Source: Candidatus Heimdallarchaeota archaeon
Lineage (GTDB): Archaea > Asgardarchaeota > Heimdallarchaeia > Heimdallarchaeales > Heimdallarchaeaceae
Direction of reading: 5' to 3'
Assembly: GCA_019057815.1 (NCBI GenBank)
Contig: JAHLWR010000003.1
Coordinates: 164,553 to 228,552 of the forward strand
DNA: 64,000 nt
Positions 30,615 through 40,802 of the stretch are shown one piece after another. A model generated the notes under the pieces. The model was not told the DNA's origin. It saw nothing but the letters and a program-made list of their open reading frames with translations, and did no database searches. The position numbers and the translations under genes are program-made. Position 1 is the first letter of the stretch. Every line of letters starts with the position of its first letter.

Positions 30615-32399
30615 ATGAAAACTAGTTTATTAGTACGCGGATTTATAGTATTAGCCTTGTTATGGGGTATGATCTATGGTCTTATCATAGGTGCATATGC
30701 ACTTATTTTGTACTTTGGTTCCCAAGAAGCGGCTCTTGGAACATTATTATTCACCTGGATTCCTGTTCTAATTGCGCTAGGGATAATTTTTCTGCAATTC
30801 CTAATATCACCTTGGTTACTTGATCTCAGTTTTGGATGGATGCACAAATTAACATGGATTCAGCCAGATCAACTTCCTCCGCATCTTGCTAAATTTGTAG
30901 CAGAACAGTGTCAGATTCACGGGATTTCAATTAAGAAAGTCGGAATGATTCACGATCAAATGCCTCAAGCTTTGACATATGGGAGATTCAAGAAAAGTGC
31001 AAGAATAGTTCTATCAGATGGTACTCTTAACTTGCTCACTCCTAAAGAACAGATAGGTGTTGTTGCTCATGAAATTGGTCATATTGCTCACATGGATTTT
31101 CTGTTTATGACACTAGCCTCAGCTGTCCCTATGATTTTGTATGTGTTTTACATTTTCAGTCGAGGTTTTGTTCGTGCAATGGCTATATCTTCCAGAGGTA
31201 GTAGAGATAGTAGAGGAGCAGCTGCAATGATGGCTGCTGCTGCTGCTGCAATGGTAATTAGCTATGTCTTCTATTTCATTAGCCAATTCCTAGTTCTATT
31301 CTTGAGTAGAGTTAGAGAATATTATGCTGATAGATTTTCAGGAGAAAATACAAATGATCCTAAAAGTTTGTCCACTGCTTTAGTTAAAATTGCCTATGGT
31401 ATGGTCAAATCACAAAGCGCATATGCTATTCAAATGAATGATAAAAAAACTGACAAACGAGTAAGAACTACTTATTACAGAAGAAATGGTTTTGTTAACG
31501 CGACTAGATCTTTAAACATTTTTGACATCAAAGCAGCTAATTCTTTAGTAATGACAGCTTATGCTCAAACAGCTGAAGTTACAGCAGAGGCAGTAGTAAA
31601 AGCAGCTGCATGGGATCTAGAAAGTCCATGGGCTGGTTTTATCGAACTTCAATCAACACACCCTCTAGCAGCAAAAAGATTACTCGCTCTTGACGATTTA
31701 TCAGTAGAACTTAAGCAACCTAAAACTTTTCCAACTTTAGGTACTGACCAAATAAGAGAGTCTTTATGGAACGAATTCTTAGTAGATCTATTTCTAATGT
31801 ATTTTGTCCCAGCTTTAACAATTATACTTCCAGGAGGAGCAGCACTTGTAACATACTTCTATTATCCACAATATATTATGTGGTACGCTATAGGAGGAGG
31901 TTTGGCTATTTCTGGATTGCTTTGGCTATGGAGACTACGTATTAGATATCCAAAATTAGATCAGGATTTGCCGTTGATTAACATAATGGGTGCCGTAACT
32001 GACGTTTCAGACGATGGATATGCTGAAGCATCACCATTTAGAGGAAAACCAATTCTTTTAGAAGGAACGATAATTGGTAGAGGTTCCCCAGGATATTATT
32101 TCAGCGAAGATGTTGTTTTGCAAGATCCATCTGGTATAGTAGTTTTGGATTACAATCCAGCATTTGGATTTATGAGATTCTTTACAGCTATTTTCAGAGT
32201 TGAAAAAATGATTGGATCAAAAGTGAAAGCTGTTGGATGGTATAGAAGAGGACCTAGACCAACCGTTATGATAAAACGAATACTTAGAAAAGATGGTTCC
32301 ACATTTGGTTCAAATAGGGACTTCTTTAACAAAATATTCATTGGTCTACTATTCTTAGTAGCTTTAATATGTGTATTTTATGGCATCGGGTTCTTCTAA
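30615..32399 (+). CDS. htpX: HtpX-like M48 zinc metalloprotease with C-terminal extension
   Basis: HEIGH, SRVREYYAD, STHP, multiple TMs. Confidence 0.88.
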   Translation: MKTSLLVRGFIVLALLWGMIYGLIIGAYALILYFGSQEAALGTLLFTWIPVLIALGIIFLQFLISPWLLDLSFGWMHKLTWIQPDQLPPHLAKFVAEQCQIHGISIKKVGMIHDQMPQALTYGRFKKSARIVLSDGTLNLLTPKEQIGVVAHEIGHIAHMDFLFMTLASAVPMILYVFYIFSRGFVRAMAISSRGSRDSRGAAAMMAAAAAAMVISYVFYFISQFLVLFLSRVREYYADRFSGENTNDPKSLSTALVKIAYGMVKSQSAYAIQMNDKKTDKRVRTTYYRRNGFVNATRSLNIFDIKAANSLVMTAYAQTAEVTAEAVVKAAAWDLESPWAGFIELQSTHPLAAKRLLALDDLSVELKQPKTFPTLGTDQIRESLWNEFLVDLFLMYFVPALTIILPGGAALVTYFYYPQYIMWYAIGGGLAISGLLWLWRLRIRYPKLDQDLPLINIMGAVTDVSDDGYAEASPFRGKPILLEGTIIGRGSPGYYFSEDVVLQDPSGIVVLDYNPAFGFMRFFTAIFRVEKMIGSKVKAVGWYRRGPRPTVMIKRILRKDGSTFGSNRDFFNKIFIGLLFLVALICVFYGIGFF

Positions 32400-32401
32400 A
32401 T

Positions 32402-32438
32402 TTCCTTTTTTCTTTTTTCTTTTTCTTTTCCTTTTCTT
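32402..32438 (+). terminator. pyrimidine-rich terminator after htpX
   Basis: repeated ctttt tracts after the stop codon. Confidence 0.5.
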
Positions 32439-32462
32439 TAATCAAAGCCTTTAAGTTATATG

Positions 32463-32635
32463 ACATGAATTTTGTACAAATTCTTTAAAAGTGCCTGGGG
32501 CACATCATGGGGACGCCACATCCCCCCTACCCCGCCCACATCTTCATGCAAAGATGCTTACGGTTCGCTTTTGGGTGGTTGTTGGATGTAGACCCGAGGA
32601 TAGCCATGAAGTTGGTGAATATCTACAATCCTTCA
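32463..32635 (-). ncRNA. stand-alone omega-RNA-like ncRNA homologous to the tnpB 3' scaffold
   Basis: 15-nt identity cctaccccgcccaca (32526-32540 vs 19077-19091); equivalent hairpins with compensatory changes; own GTTTATATAG TATA at 32655-32664; no TnpB coding sequence. Confidence 0.75.
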
Positions 32636-32748
32636 AAGGATATTCTATACGACACTATATAAACACTAAAAAAATGCATAAAAAACATATTATAACAGCA
32701 AAGTTAAATATTAACAAAAAGAGATGAAAATCAATTCTGGTGAAAACT

Positions 32749-33720
32749 ATGGCTAGCGAAAAAGAAAAAACCGCAGACAAAGCCGAAAAAAAAGATGAAA
32801 TTGTTGAAGAAGAAAAAGAAGAAAAAGAAGAAACTATTCTTGAGAAATATCAAAAAGCTGGAGAAGTAGCAAAAAATATTCTTCAACATATAAAAGAAAT
32901 GGCTAAACCTGGAGTAAAAGCATTGGATTTATGCGAAACTGCTGATAAAATGATTGAAGAAGCAGGAATGAAAACAGCCTTTCCATTAAATGTTTCAATT
33001 AATAATCATTGTGCTCATTATACGAGCTCTTTTGATGATCCTCTAGTATTGAAAGAGGAAGATGTAGTTAAATTAGATATTGGCGTTCGTTATGATGGTT
33101 ATATTGCAGATACAGCTCTCACAGTAGCATTTAATGATGTTCATAATGATCTAATAAAAGCAAGTAGAGAAGCCACAGAAACAGCTGTAAAAGTTATTCG
33201 AGCAGGTGGTTATACAGGAAAAATCGGTGATTTGACAGAAAGTATCATTGAAGGATATGGTTTTACGACTATCAAGGAACTTTCTGGTCATCTTTTAATG
33301 AGAAACAAAGTTCATGGGCCCAAAGTTATTCCAAATGTATCAGGTCAGAAAGGTCAATTGATACTACAAGATGAAGCTTTTGCAATTGAAACCTTCGCTT
33401 CAACTGGAGCTGGAAGATCAAAGCCGGACAGAACAAAACTTTTCATAGTGAAACTTGCTGAAGGAAGATTTCCATTAAGAACAAATGCTGCAAAACAAAT
33501 AAGAAGAGTGTTGGATAATGAGTATGACAAATTGCCAGTTGCTACACGATGGTTGTACAAAAGATTTGGAACAGCAAGAGCTAAAATGGGTATTAGGGAA
33601 CTGAAAAATGTAGGGGCTATTCTCCAATATCATGTTCTATGCGATGTTTCAGAGGCATTTGTTTCACAACACGAACATACAGTTTACATAACTGCTGAAG
33701 GTCCAATACAAACAACATAA
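32749..33720 (+). CDS. map: methionine aminopeptidase, type II
   Basis: AFP..S.N..AHYT, KLDIG..DGYIAD, LSGH, AIETFAS, SQHEHT. Confidence 0.93.
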   Translation: MASEKEKTADKAEKKDEIVEEEKEEKEETILEKYQKAGEVAKNILQHIKEMAKPGVKALDLCETADKMIEEAGMKTAFPLNVSINNHCAHYTSSFDDPLVLKEEDVVKLDIGVRYDGYIADTALTVAFNDVHNDLIKASREATETAVKVIRAGGYTGKIGDLTESIIEGYGFTTIKELSGHLLMRNKVHGPKVIPNVSGQKGQLILQDEAFAIETFASTGAGRSKPDRTKLFIVKLAEGRFPLRTNAAKQIRRVLDNEYDKLPVATRWLYKRFGTARAKMGIRELKNVGAILQYHVLCDVSEAFVSQHEHTVYITAEGPIQTT

Positions 33721-33807
33721 TATTCTTTTAGATTTTTTACTAAAAATTTCTTTTTATATTCATGTATCTCCCCAAAAAATTATATTTCCGCATTTCTGTA
33801 TTATTGT

Positions 33808-35295
33808 ATGCAATATGTTTTAGCTATTGATCAAGGAACTACTGGAACTAGAGCTATAATATTCGATAAACAAGGTCTATCTGTCAGTAAAGCCTATTAT
33901 GAACATAAGCAAATCTTCCCTAAACCTGGGTGGGTAGAGCATGACCCTGCAGAAATATGGACGAATACTAAAAAAGTTGTAAAGGAATCTGTAGAAAAAG
34001 CCAATTTAGATTTTTCTCAAATTTGCACTATAGGCATAGCAAATCAACGCGAAACAGTTGTTGCCTGGAATAAAAAATCCAATATAATTTTACATAATGC
34101 TATTGTATGGCAATGTAGGCGAACAGTGGATATGTGCAACAAGCTAAAGGTAGATGGTTACTCTGACATTATAAAAAGGAAAACAGGATTGGTGCTTGAC
34201 CCTTACTTCTCTGGCACAAAAATCAAGTGGTTGTTAGACAAATCTCAAAAAGTTAGTCAAGCCTTTGAAAACGAAGAACTTGCTATAGGAACAATTGATA
34301 GTTGGTTGATCTGGAATTTGACAGGAAACCATGTCACAGATTACTCAAATGCATCTAGAACAATGCTATTCAATATTCAGAAAGGTATTTGGGATTCTGA
34401 TTTGTTAGAAATGCTTGGGATATCTGAATGGATACTACCAGAAGTGAGACCTAGTTCAGACAAAGAAACTTATGGTAAAACTAAGAAAGACCTTTTTTCG
34501 ACGGAAATCCCAGTTTCTGGTAATGCTGGTGATCAACAAGCAGCGCTTTTTGGACAAACTTGTTTCAAAGAAGGAGAAGTAAAAAACACCTATGGGACAG
34601 GGAATTTCATTTTAATGAACACTGGTAGAAAGGTTGTTTATTCCAAGAAAGGGCTGATATCAACAATAGCTTGGAAAATAGACGATAACATAACATATGC
34701 TTTAGAAGGAAGTGTCTTTGTAACAGGAGCAGCAATACAGTGGCTTGAAAAGGGGTTAAATATACTTCAAGATAAAGATGAGCTAACAGATATTATGAAT
34801 AAAATCCCTGACACTCAAGGAGTCGTTTTTGTACCAGCATTCGTGGGTTTGGGCGCTCCTTACTGGGATCCATCCGCGAGAGGTACAATAATTGGAATAA
34901 CTAGAGGTACTTCAAGAGAACATGTAATTAGAGCAACTTTGGAATCGATATGTTTGCAGTCCCAAGATGTTTTTGAGGTTATGGAGGAAGATACAAGAAC
35001 AAAAATATCTATGCTTCGAGTAGATGGTGGTGTAACTAGTTGTAAACCTCTATTACAATTCCAAGCAGATATATCAAATATTACTGTTCAAATACCAACA
35101 ATACAGGAAACAACAGCTTTAGGCGCTGCGTACCTAGCAGGATTAGCTGTTGGGTTCTGGGAAAATCTAAAAGTTATTCAAAACAACTTCCAAATAGAAG
35201 CAGAGTTCGAACCGAAGATGTCTTCCATTAAAAGGAATGAAAAAATCAAAAAATGGCGTGTTGCAGTAGATAGAAGTTTGAAGTGGGATGTTTAA
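33808..35295 (+). CDS. glpK: glycerol kinase
   Basis: AIDQGTTGTR, NQRET, TDYSNASRT, GDQQAALFGQ, KNTYGTG, LGAPYWD. Confidence 0.96.
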   Translation: MQYVLAIDQGTTGTRAIIFDKQGLSVSKAYYEHKQIFPKPGWVEHDPAEIWTNTKKVVKESVEKANLDFSQICTIGIANQRETVVAWNKKSNIILHNAIVWQCRRTVDMCNKLKVDGYSDIIKRKTGLVLDPYFSGTKIKWLLDKSQKVSQAFENEELAIGTIDSWLIWNLTGNHVTDYSNASRTMLFNIQKGIWDSDLLEMLGISEWILPEVRPSSDKETYGKTKKDLFSTEIPVSGNAGDQQAALFGQTCFKEGEVKNTYGTGNFILMNTGRKVVYSKKGLISTIAWKIDDNITYALEGSVFVTGAAIQWLEKGLNILQDKDELTDIMNKIPDTQGVVFVPAFVGLGAPYWDPSARGTIIGITRGTSREHVIRATLESICLQSQDVFEVMEEDTRTKISMLRVDGGVTSCKPLLQFQADISNITVQIPTIQETTALGAAYLAGLAVGFWENLKVIQNNFQIEAEFEPKMSSIKRNEKIKKWRVAVDRSLKWDV

Positions 35296-35700
35296 CAAAC
35301 TCCTTCTCTCTCAGTATTCATATGAAGTCGTTTACTCTATTTTATCTCCTTCATTGATGTTTCTAAAGCTGTATTTTGATTTAGATTCCTTAGTTCTCAA
35401 ATATTAAAATTCTGCATAAATATTTTATCGTTGAAATATTGGAGTCCTTAAATTTTTTTTTGCTTTTCATATGTTTTTTTCACAGAATCATCTTTCAGAC
35501 AGAGTTAGAGTTTTTTCTAAATACACATTCTCTTAGAACGCGTTTAATCGCAACAGAATCAAATCCCACAGTTAATTGAATTCTTGAGAGAATATTTAAC
35601 TAAATTTTAAAATTCTTTCACTTTCAAGGCAAATTTACGAACACATTCTTTATTTACTTGACGACAATATATACCTAACGAGCTGGGAACTCGTTTTGGT

Positions 35701-36090
35701 GTGTTCATGACGTCTCTAATAGATTATTTGGGTAGTAAGAAGGAAGAAGTAGAAGAAGTACTTAAGAAACAAGAAGAATCTCGTAAACAACTTCTTGATG
35801 AAGAAAGAAAAAATACTCGACAAAGTATCAATTTTGAAGGTTTTGAAGGAAAATTGGACTTACTTGTCGATGGAATAAGGAAAATTCCTAATTACAACAA
35901 TTTAAAGGGATATATCAGACAAAATATTCTTCCCAAAAATCCTGGGATTGATTACAAAAACCTTTCAACTTTAGCAGGTGTTCACAAAGGAGTTGCACTA
36001 GTAATTTTGTATGATCTTTACAACGATAAATTAGAAGAAGAACTTAAATCTATAGATATAGATAGTTATAGCATTCCAACTGATATTTAA
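35701..36090 (+). CDS. hypothetical protein (coiled coil plus possible HTH)
   Basis: charged helical N-terminus; NPGIDYKNLSTLAGVHKGVA resembles an HTH. Confidence 0.55.
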   Translation: MFMTSLIDYLGSKKEEVEEVLKKQEESRKQLLDEERKNTRQSINFEGFEGKLDLLVDGIRKIPNYNNLKGYIRQNILPKNPGIDYKNLSTLAGVHKGVALVILYDLYNDKLEEELKSIDIDSYSIPTDI

Positions 36091-36108
36091 AAAAATTCTT
36101 CTTTGATT

Positions 36109-36819
36109 TCAAATTCCCCTATCCAATCGATTAATAAGAGATTCAGGGAGTTTTAATTTTTTCATGTGTTCTTGTAAAGGAGAATAATCATAATCTAAAT
36201 GAATTAAGGTAGCTTTTGAAGAAGATAAATCAACAATTGCATAATCTGCTCCTGGTACTCCCTGCCGAGGTTGTCCTACTGACCCAGGGTTTACGAATGT
36301 TATTTTTTTAGTTTTAACTATAACTGGCATGTGAGTGTGACCAACCATAAGAAAATCGGTTTTAATTTTCTCATAAGCTTCTTCTAACATTGAGATATAG
36401 CTTTTCTTTGAGTAAGCTTGAAAATAGTCAAAAGTACTAAATGGTGATCCATGAACCAAATACATCTTTTTCTTGTTTTTTTCTAATACTCTCTTTCTTG
36501 GAAGTGATGTTAACCAATCGTAATTCTTCTTGGTGAGATTTTTTTGTGTAAAAACAATCATTTCCCAAGCAGTAGGATTAAAACAGAATTGAGGTTCAGA
36601 TTGAATAACTCCTGCATCGTGATTTCCTAATAGAATTAGGGAGCAGTTCTCTTTTACAAGGTCTATACATTCATTTGGGTAAGGATAATATCCGACAACA
36701 TCACCTAAACATATTATTTCGTCAATGTTTTTTCGTTTTTGTATATCTTGTAAAACAGCTTCCAAAGCATAAATATTGGAATGAATGTCTGAAATTACTG
36801 CCATTTTACCTTTACCCAA
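36109..36819 (-). CDS. calcineurin-like metallophosphoesterase
   Basis: SDIHSN, LGDVVGY, GNHD, VHGSP, GHTH, NPGSVGQPR. Confidence 0.92.
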   Translation of the reverse strand: MGKGKMAVISDIHSNIYALEAVLQDIQKRKNIDEIICLGDVVGYYPYPNECIDLVKENCSLILLGNHDAGVIQSEPQFCFNPTAWEMIVFTQKNLTKKNYDWLTSLPRKRVLEKNKKKMYLVHGSPFSTFDYFQAYSKKSYISMLEEAYEKIKTDFLMVGHTHMPVIVKTKKITFVNPGSVGQPRQGVPGADYAIVDLSSSKATLIHLDYDYSPLQEHMKKLKLPESLINRLDRGI

Positions 36820-36958
36820 GAAAGTTCACCCTTTTTGATAGTCCCCTTTTATACCGTTGTGAGGAGTTTATTTAATTCTTTATCAAAGTTGTTATGCGAT
36901 ATTTTTGTGATAATTGGTTTTTAGTAAAGCTTTTCAACTTTCAAGTTTATGTTAGTAC

Positions 36959-37879
36959 ATGAGTTTAGGGACTATTGTAGGAAATATCAAATTACGAAAC
37001 CCTCTTATTCTTGCTTCTGGTGTGTTGGGATCTTCTTATTCTGTGCTTCAGAGAATTTATGAAGCGGGAATTGGTGCTGTTGTTACTAAAAGTGTAGGTC
37101 CTGTTAGTAGGGAAGGAAATCCTAATCCCAGTGTTTTCGCTTTGAAAGACATAAATGGAGCAATAAATTCTATTGGTTTAGCTAACCCTGGATATAAACA
37201 TTTCAGAGAAGAGATCAAAATTCTACTAGAAAATAACGTTAAAACCATAGTCTCGATATTTGGAGGAGATGTAGAAGAATTTAGTGAAGTATTAGTAGGT
37301 TTGAGTGATTTACCGATAACAGCTTTTGAATTAAATTTAAGTTGTCCAAATACAGAAAAAGAAGGGATGGTATTAGGAACAGATCCTCAAATTGTAAGAA
37401 GGATTGTCGAAAACTTGAGAAAGAAGACGAAATCTCCTATATGGGTCAAGTTAACACCTAATGTAACTGACATTCTAGAAATAGCAGATGCAGCTATTAA
37501 GGGAGGTTGCGACGCTCTGGTAGCCATAAATACTCTTAAAGCAATGGTAATCGATATATACAGTAGATACCCAATCCTCGGATTTAAGAGAGGGGGACTT
37601 TCAGGAGCTCCCATAAAACCTGTTGGGATAAGAAATATATTTGATTTATATGAACAATTTGGTGATAAAATCCCTTTGGTTGGCGTAGGGGGAATAGCTA
37701 AATGGGAAGACGTTTTTGAGTACATTTTAGCTGGAGCTTCTGCTGTTCAGATTGGAACAGCTTTAGGAGTTGCACATCCTGAAAATAAAATAAGACATAT
37801 TAAAAATAACATTCAGAAATTTATGAAAAATGAAGGTATAGAGAATATAGCTAATATAATAGGGGGTGCTCACAGATGA
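36959..37879 (+). CDS. pyrD: dihydroorotate dehydrogenase 1B catalytic subunit
   Basis: NPLILASG, ELNLSCPN, VKLTPN, GGLSG. Confidence 0.95.
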   Translation: MSLGTIVGNIKLRNPLILASGVLGSSYSVLQRIYEAGIGAVVTKSVGPVSREGNPNPSVFALKDINGAINSIGLANPGYKHFREEIKILLENNVKTIVSIFGGDVEEFSEVLVGLSDLPITAFELNLSCPNTEKEGMVLGTDPQIVRRIVENLRKKTKSPIWVKLTPNVTDILEIADAAIKGGCDALVAINTLKAMVIDIYSRYPILGFKRGGLSGAPIKPVGIRNIFDLYEQFGDKIPLVGVGGIAKWEDVFEYILAGASAVQIGTALGVAHPENKIRHIKNNIQKFMKNEGIENIANIIGGAHR

Positions 37880-38730
37880 GTAGAAAAATTACATCTTTCG
37901 ACTCTCAACCAATTATGGGAAAAATTATCAGGATTGAGGATGAGTGTGAGGACACAAAAAATTTCTTCGTAGAAATGCCTGAAAAAATAGAAGGAGTTAA
38001 AGCAGGACAATTTGTAATGCTTTGGATACCAGTTGTAGATGAATATCCTATCGGTGTTGCAGGTTTTAAAGATGAAATCTTAGAATTGGGGATAGCAAAA
38101 ATGGGTGTAGGAACTGAAGCTTTATTCAACAAACAAATAGGTGAAAGAGTAGGAATAAGAGGTTTTTATGGCAAACCTTTCAAACCTTTAGAAAATGTCA
38201 ATCACTTACTTTTAGGTGGAGGATTCGGAATGACACCTTTAAAACTACTGATAAACACTCTTAAATCCAGAAATAGGGGTGACAAAATTCATGTTTTTGA
38301 AGGAGCTAGAACAAAAAATAAGCTAATGTATTTAGATTTCTTGCAAAACCTTCATGATAAAGGAGAAATAAAGTTTCATGTTTGCACAGATGATGGTTCT
38401 TGGGGATACAAAGGTTTCCCCACAGTTGCATTAGAAGAAGTTTTACAAGAAGATTCTCAACAATCTGTTATATATGTCGCAGGTCCTGAAAGAATGATGA
38501 AAGTTGTTTTTGAAATAGGCAAGAAGTATCAAAACGTTAAAGATATGCAAATGAGCTTAGCTGATCGTTATATGAGATGCGGTTTTGGTTTATGCTCAGC
38601 TTGTACAGTTGATCCTACTGGTTGGAGAATATGTGTTGATGGACCTGTTTTCAACAAGGAACAATTAGAACAGATTACTGATTTTGGAGAATATATTAGA
38701 TTAGCTACTGGTGAAAAGAAGAGGATTTAA
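37876..38730 (+). CDS. pyrK: dihydroorotate dehydrogenase electron transfer subunit
   Basis: GQFVMLW, GGGFG, TDDGS, MRCGFGLCSAC..CVDGPVF. Confidence 0.92.
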   Translation: MSRKITSFDSQPIMGKIIRIEDECEDTKNFFVEMPEKIEGVKAGQFVMLWIPVVDEYPIGVAGFKDEILELGIAKMGVGTEALFNKQIGERVGIRGFYGKPFKPLENVNHLLLGGGFGMTPLKLLINTLKSRNRGDKIHVFEGARTKNKLMYLDFLQNLHDKGEIKFHVCTDDGSWGYKGFPTVALEEVLQEDSQQSVIYVAGPERMMKVVFEIGKKYQNVKDMQMSLADRYMRCGFGLCSACTVDPTGWRICVDGPVFNKEQLEQITDFGEYIRLATGEKKRI

Positions 38731-39954
38731 ATGGTAATTCTTGAAAATATACGTTTCTGGGATATCACTAAAAAAGAGTTCATAAGAAAGGATGTAGAGA
38801 TAGAAGCTGATATTTCTAAATTTAAGGATTTGAATAAGCATATCGATTGCCAAAATTTCTATGGAATCCCTGCAGGAATAGACATTCATGTTCACTTTAG
38901 ACAACCAGGGTATGAACATAAAGAAGATATTGAATCTGGTTGTAAAGCTGCTCTACATGGCGGAATATTGGCAGTACTTGATATGCCAAACACTAATCCT
39001 ATCACTGATTCTGTTGAAACTATACTTCAAAAGAAAAAACTTGCATCTAAACAGAATCATGTAAAGGTGTTAGTTGCTGCAGCTTTAACTGGTAAGAATT
39101 TGTCACAAATAAAAGTGTTAGATGAAAATTGTGACGCTTACAAAGTTTTTATGGCTGAATCCTTTGGAAATCTCTCCATATCTTCAGAAGATATTAAAAG
39201 TGCATTAAACAAGCTTGAAAATTATGCATCAATTAAGCCAATAATTTTTCATGCTGAAGATCCAGAAATTTTGGAGCAACACAAGAATCGTGACAACCAT
39301 TATAGACAACGACCCCCAGAAGCTGAAGCATCAGGAGTACAAAAAGTTCTTCAATGGGCAAAAGATTATCCTAAACTTAAATTCCACATAACTCATCTAA
39401 GTAGTCATTTGTCGCTAAAAATCCTTGAAATCTCCAATATAACCAACCTAACTACAGATACTTGTCCAAGATATCTCATGTTGAACAAAACATCTGAAAT
39501 GCTTGAGTGTTTCAAAAAAGTCAATCCCCCTTTAAGGGATTCTCTAGACAGCGCTATATTGCTTGAAGCTCTAGCAAAAGGACAGATTGAGATGTTAAGT
39601 TCTGACCATTCTCCACATACTATTCAAGAAAAAACTGACCCTCAAATGTGTCCAAGTGGGATGCCTGGAGTACAAGAACTTGTTCTAACTGCATTACATC
39701 TGGTTGATATTAACGAGATAGATTGGGAGAGGTTAATAGAGGCGTTGAATTTGTTTCCCTCACGTTTATTCAATCTTGAAGATAACGAATGGTTTAATGA
39801 TAGTTTCATCATTGTCGATCCTGAGAAGTTCACAACCATTTCAAAAGAATGGGTTAAATCAAAGTCAGGTTGGTCTCCGTTCGAAGGAAAAACGCTAAAG
39901 GGTAGGATAAATTATATCATAAAAAATGGAGAACTAGTAGCTAGAAATCTTTGA
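38731..39954 (+). CDS. pyrC: dihydroorotase
   Basis: DIHVHFRQPG, DMPNT, FHAED, KVNPPLR, SDHSPH. Confidence 0.92.
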   Translation: MVILENIRFWDITKKEFIRKDVEIEADISKFKDLNKHIDCQNFYGIPAGIDIHVHFRQPGYEHKEDIESGCKAALHGGILAVLDMPNTNPITDSVETILQKKKLASKQNHVKVLVAAALTGKNLSQIKVLDENCDAYKVFMAESFGNLSISSEDIKSALNKLENYASIKPIIFHAEDPEILEQHKNRDNHYRQRPPEAEASGVQKVLQWAKDYPKLKFHITHLSSHLSLKILEISNITNLTTDTCPRYLMLNKTSEMLECFKKVNPPLRDSLDSAILLEALAKGQIEMLSSDHSPHTIQEKTDPQMCPSGMPGVQELVLTALHLVDINEIDWERLIEALNLFPSRLFNLEDNEWFNDSFIIVDPEKFTTISKEWVKSKSGWSPFEGKTLKGRINYIIKNGELVARNL

Positions 39955-39997
39955 CAGTGAACAAATGATATTTTAAATACTTGTTCAAATATAGTTT

Positions 39998-40792
39998 GTG
40001 AGTTTATTGAATAGGAGATTTGTTACTAATTTAACCAAAATAATTGAGGAGAAAAACAGTTTATTATGTGTTGGGTTAGACCCTGCAATTCCCCATCAGC
40101 GACCTAAAAATGTTATTTCTACTGAAAATCGAGTTAGTTTTATGGAAAAAATAATCGAAGATGTAGCTCCTTATACCAGCGTTATAAAGATGAATAGACA
40201 GTATTTGATTGGTTTAACTATCGACCAGATTTCAAATTTGAACAAGAAAATTCACGAAAATAATATGTTATCTATTGTTGATCATAAACTAGGAGATATA
40301 GGTTCTTCTAATGATTCAGCTATATATTGGTTTAAAGAAGAGAATTTTGATGCTTTTACCTTTTCACCTTTTGCTGGAAACATAAAAGAAGCAACAGATA
40401 TGGCTCATAAACAAGGGCTTGGTATCATTGTCCTTACACTTATGTCTAATCCTCAAGCTATAATCCAGAAGCAAGCTTTAGTTGAAAAGACTCCTTTATT
40501 TCTTCACATTGCTGAAAAATGTAGAGATTCAAGAGCTGACGGTATTGTTATCGGCGCTACTGGTCACGTAGAAGAGGATGATATTAACAAAATACGTGAT
40601 AGAGTAGGCTTCGAGATATTTGCTCTTGTTCCTGGTGTAGGAGCTCAAGGCGGTAATGCTAAAACAGTATTGAGTTATTTCAATTCAAAAACACTTGTTA
40701 ATGTTGGTAGGATGTTAATATATTCTGATAATCCAAGTAAGAAAGCTAAAGAATTTAGAGACATACTAAATAGTCAAAAATCGGAGTGTTAG
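39998..40792 (+). CDS. pyrF: orotidine-5'-phosphate decarboxylase
   Basis: LCVGLDP, DHKLGDIG, VIGAT, PGVGAQGG. Confidence 0.93.
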   Translation: MSLLNRRFVTNLTKIIEEKNSLLCVGLDPAIPHQRPKNVISTENRVSFMEKIIEDVAPYTSVIKMNRQYLIGLTIDQISNLNKKIHENNMLSIVDHKLGDIGSSNDSAIYWFKEENFDAFTFSPFAGNIKEATDMAHKQGLGIIVLTLMSNPQAIIQKQALVEKTPLFLHIAEKCRDSRADGIVIGATGHVEEDDINKIRDRVGFEIFALVPGVGAQGGNAKTVLSYFNSKTLVNVGRMLIYSDNPSKKAKEFRDILNSQKSEC

Positions 40793-40802
40793 ATAAAATT
40801 GG

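Noticed and set aside
32463-32482. Match of the orphan guide to tttgtacaa upstream of beta-helix copy 1 (about 8795-8803)
   Set aside because: Only 9 nt in AT-rich DNA; not distinguishable from chance without a TAM.
32491-32727. 78-aa ORF on the plus strand
   Set aside because: No protein-like features; better explained as the antisense of the omega-RNA-like element.
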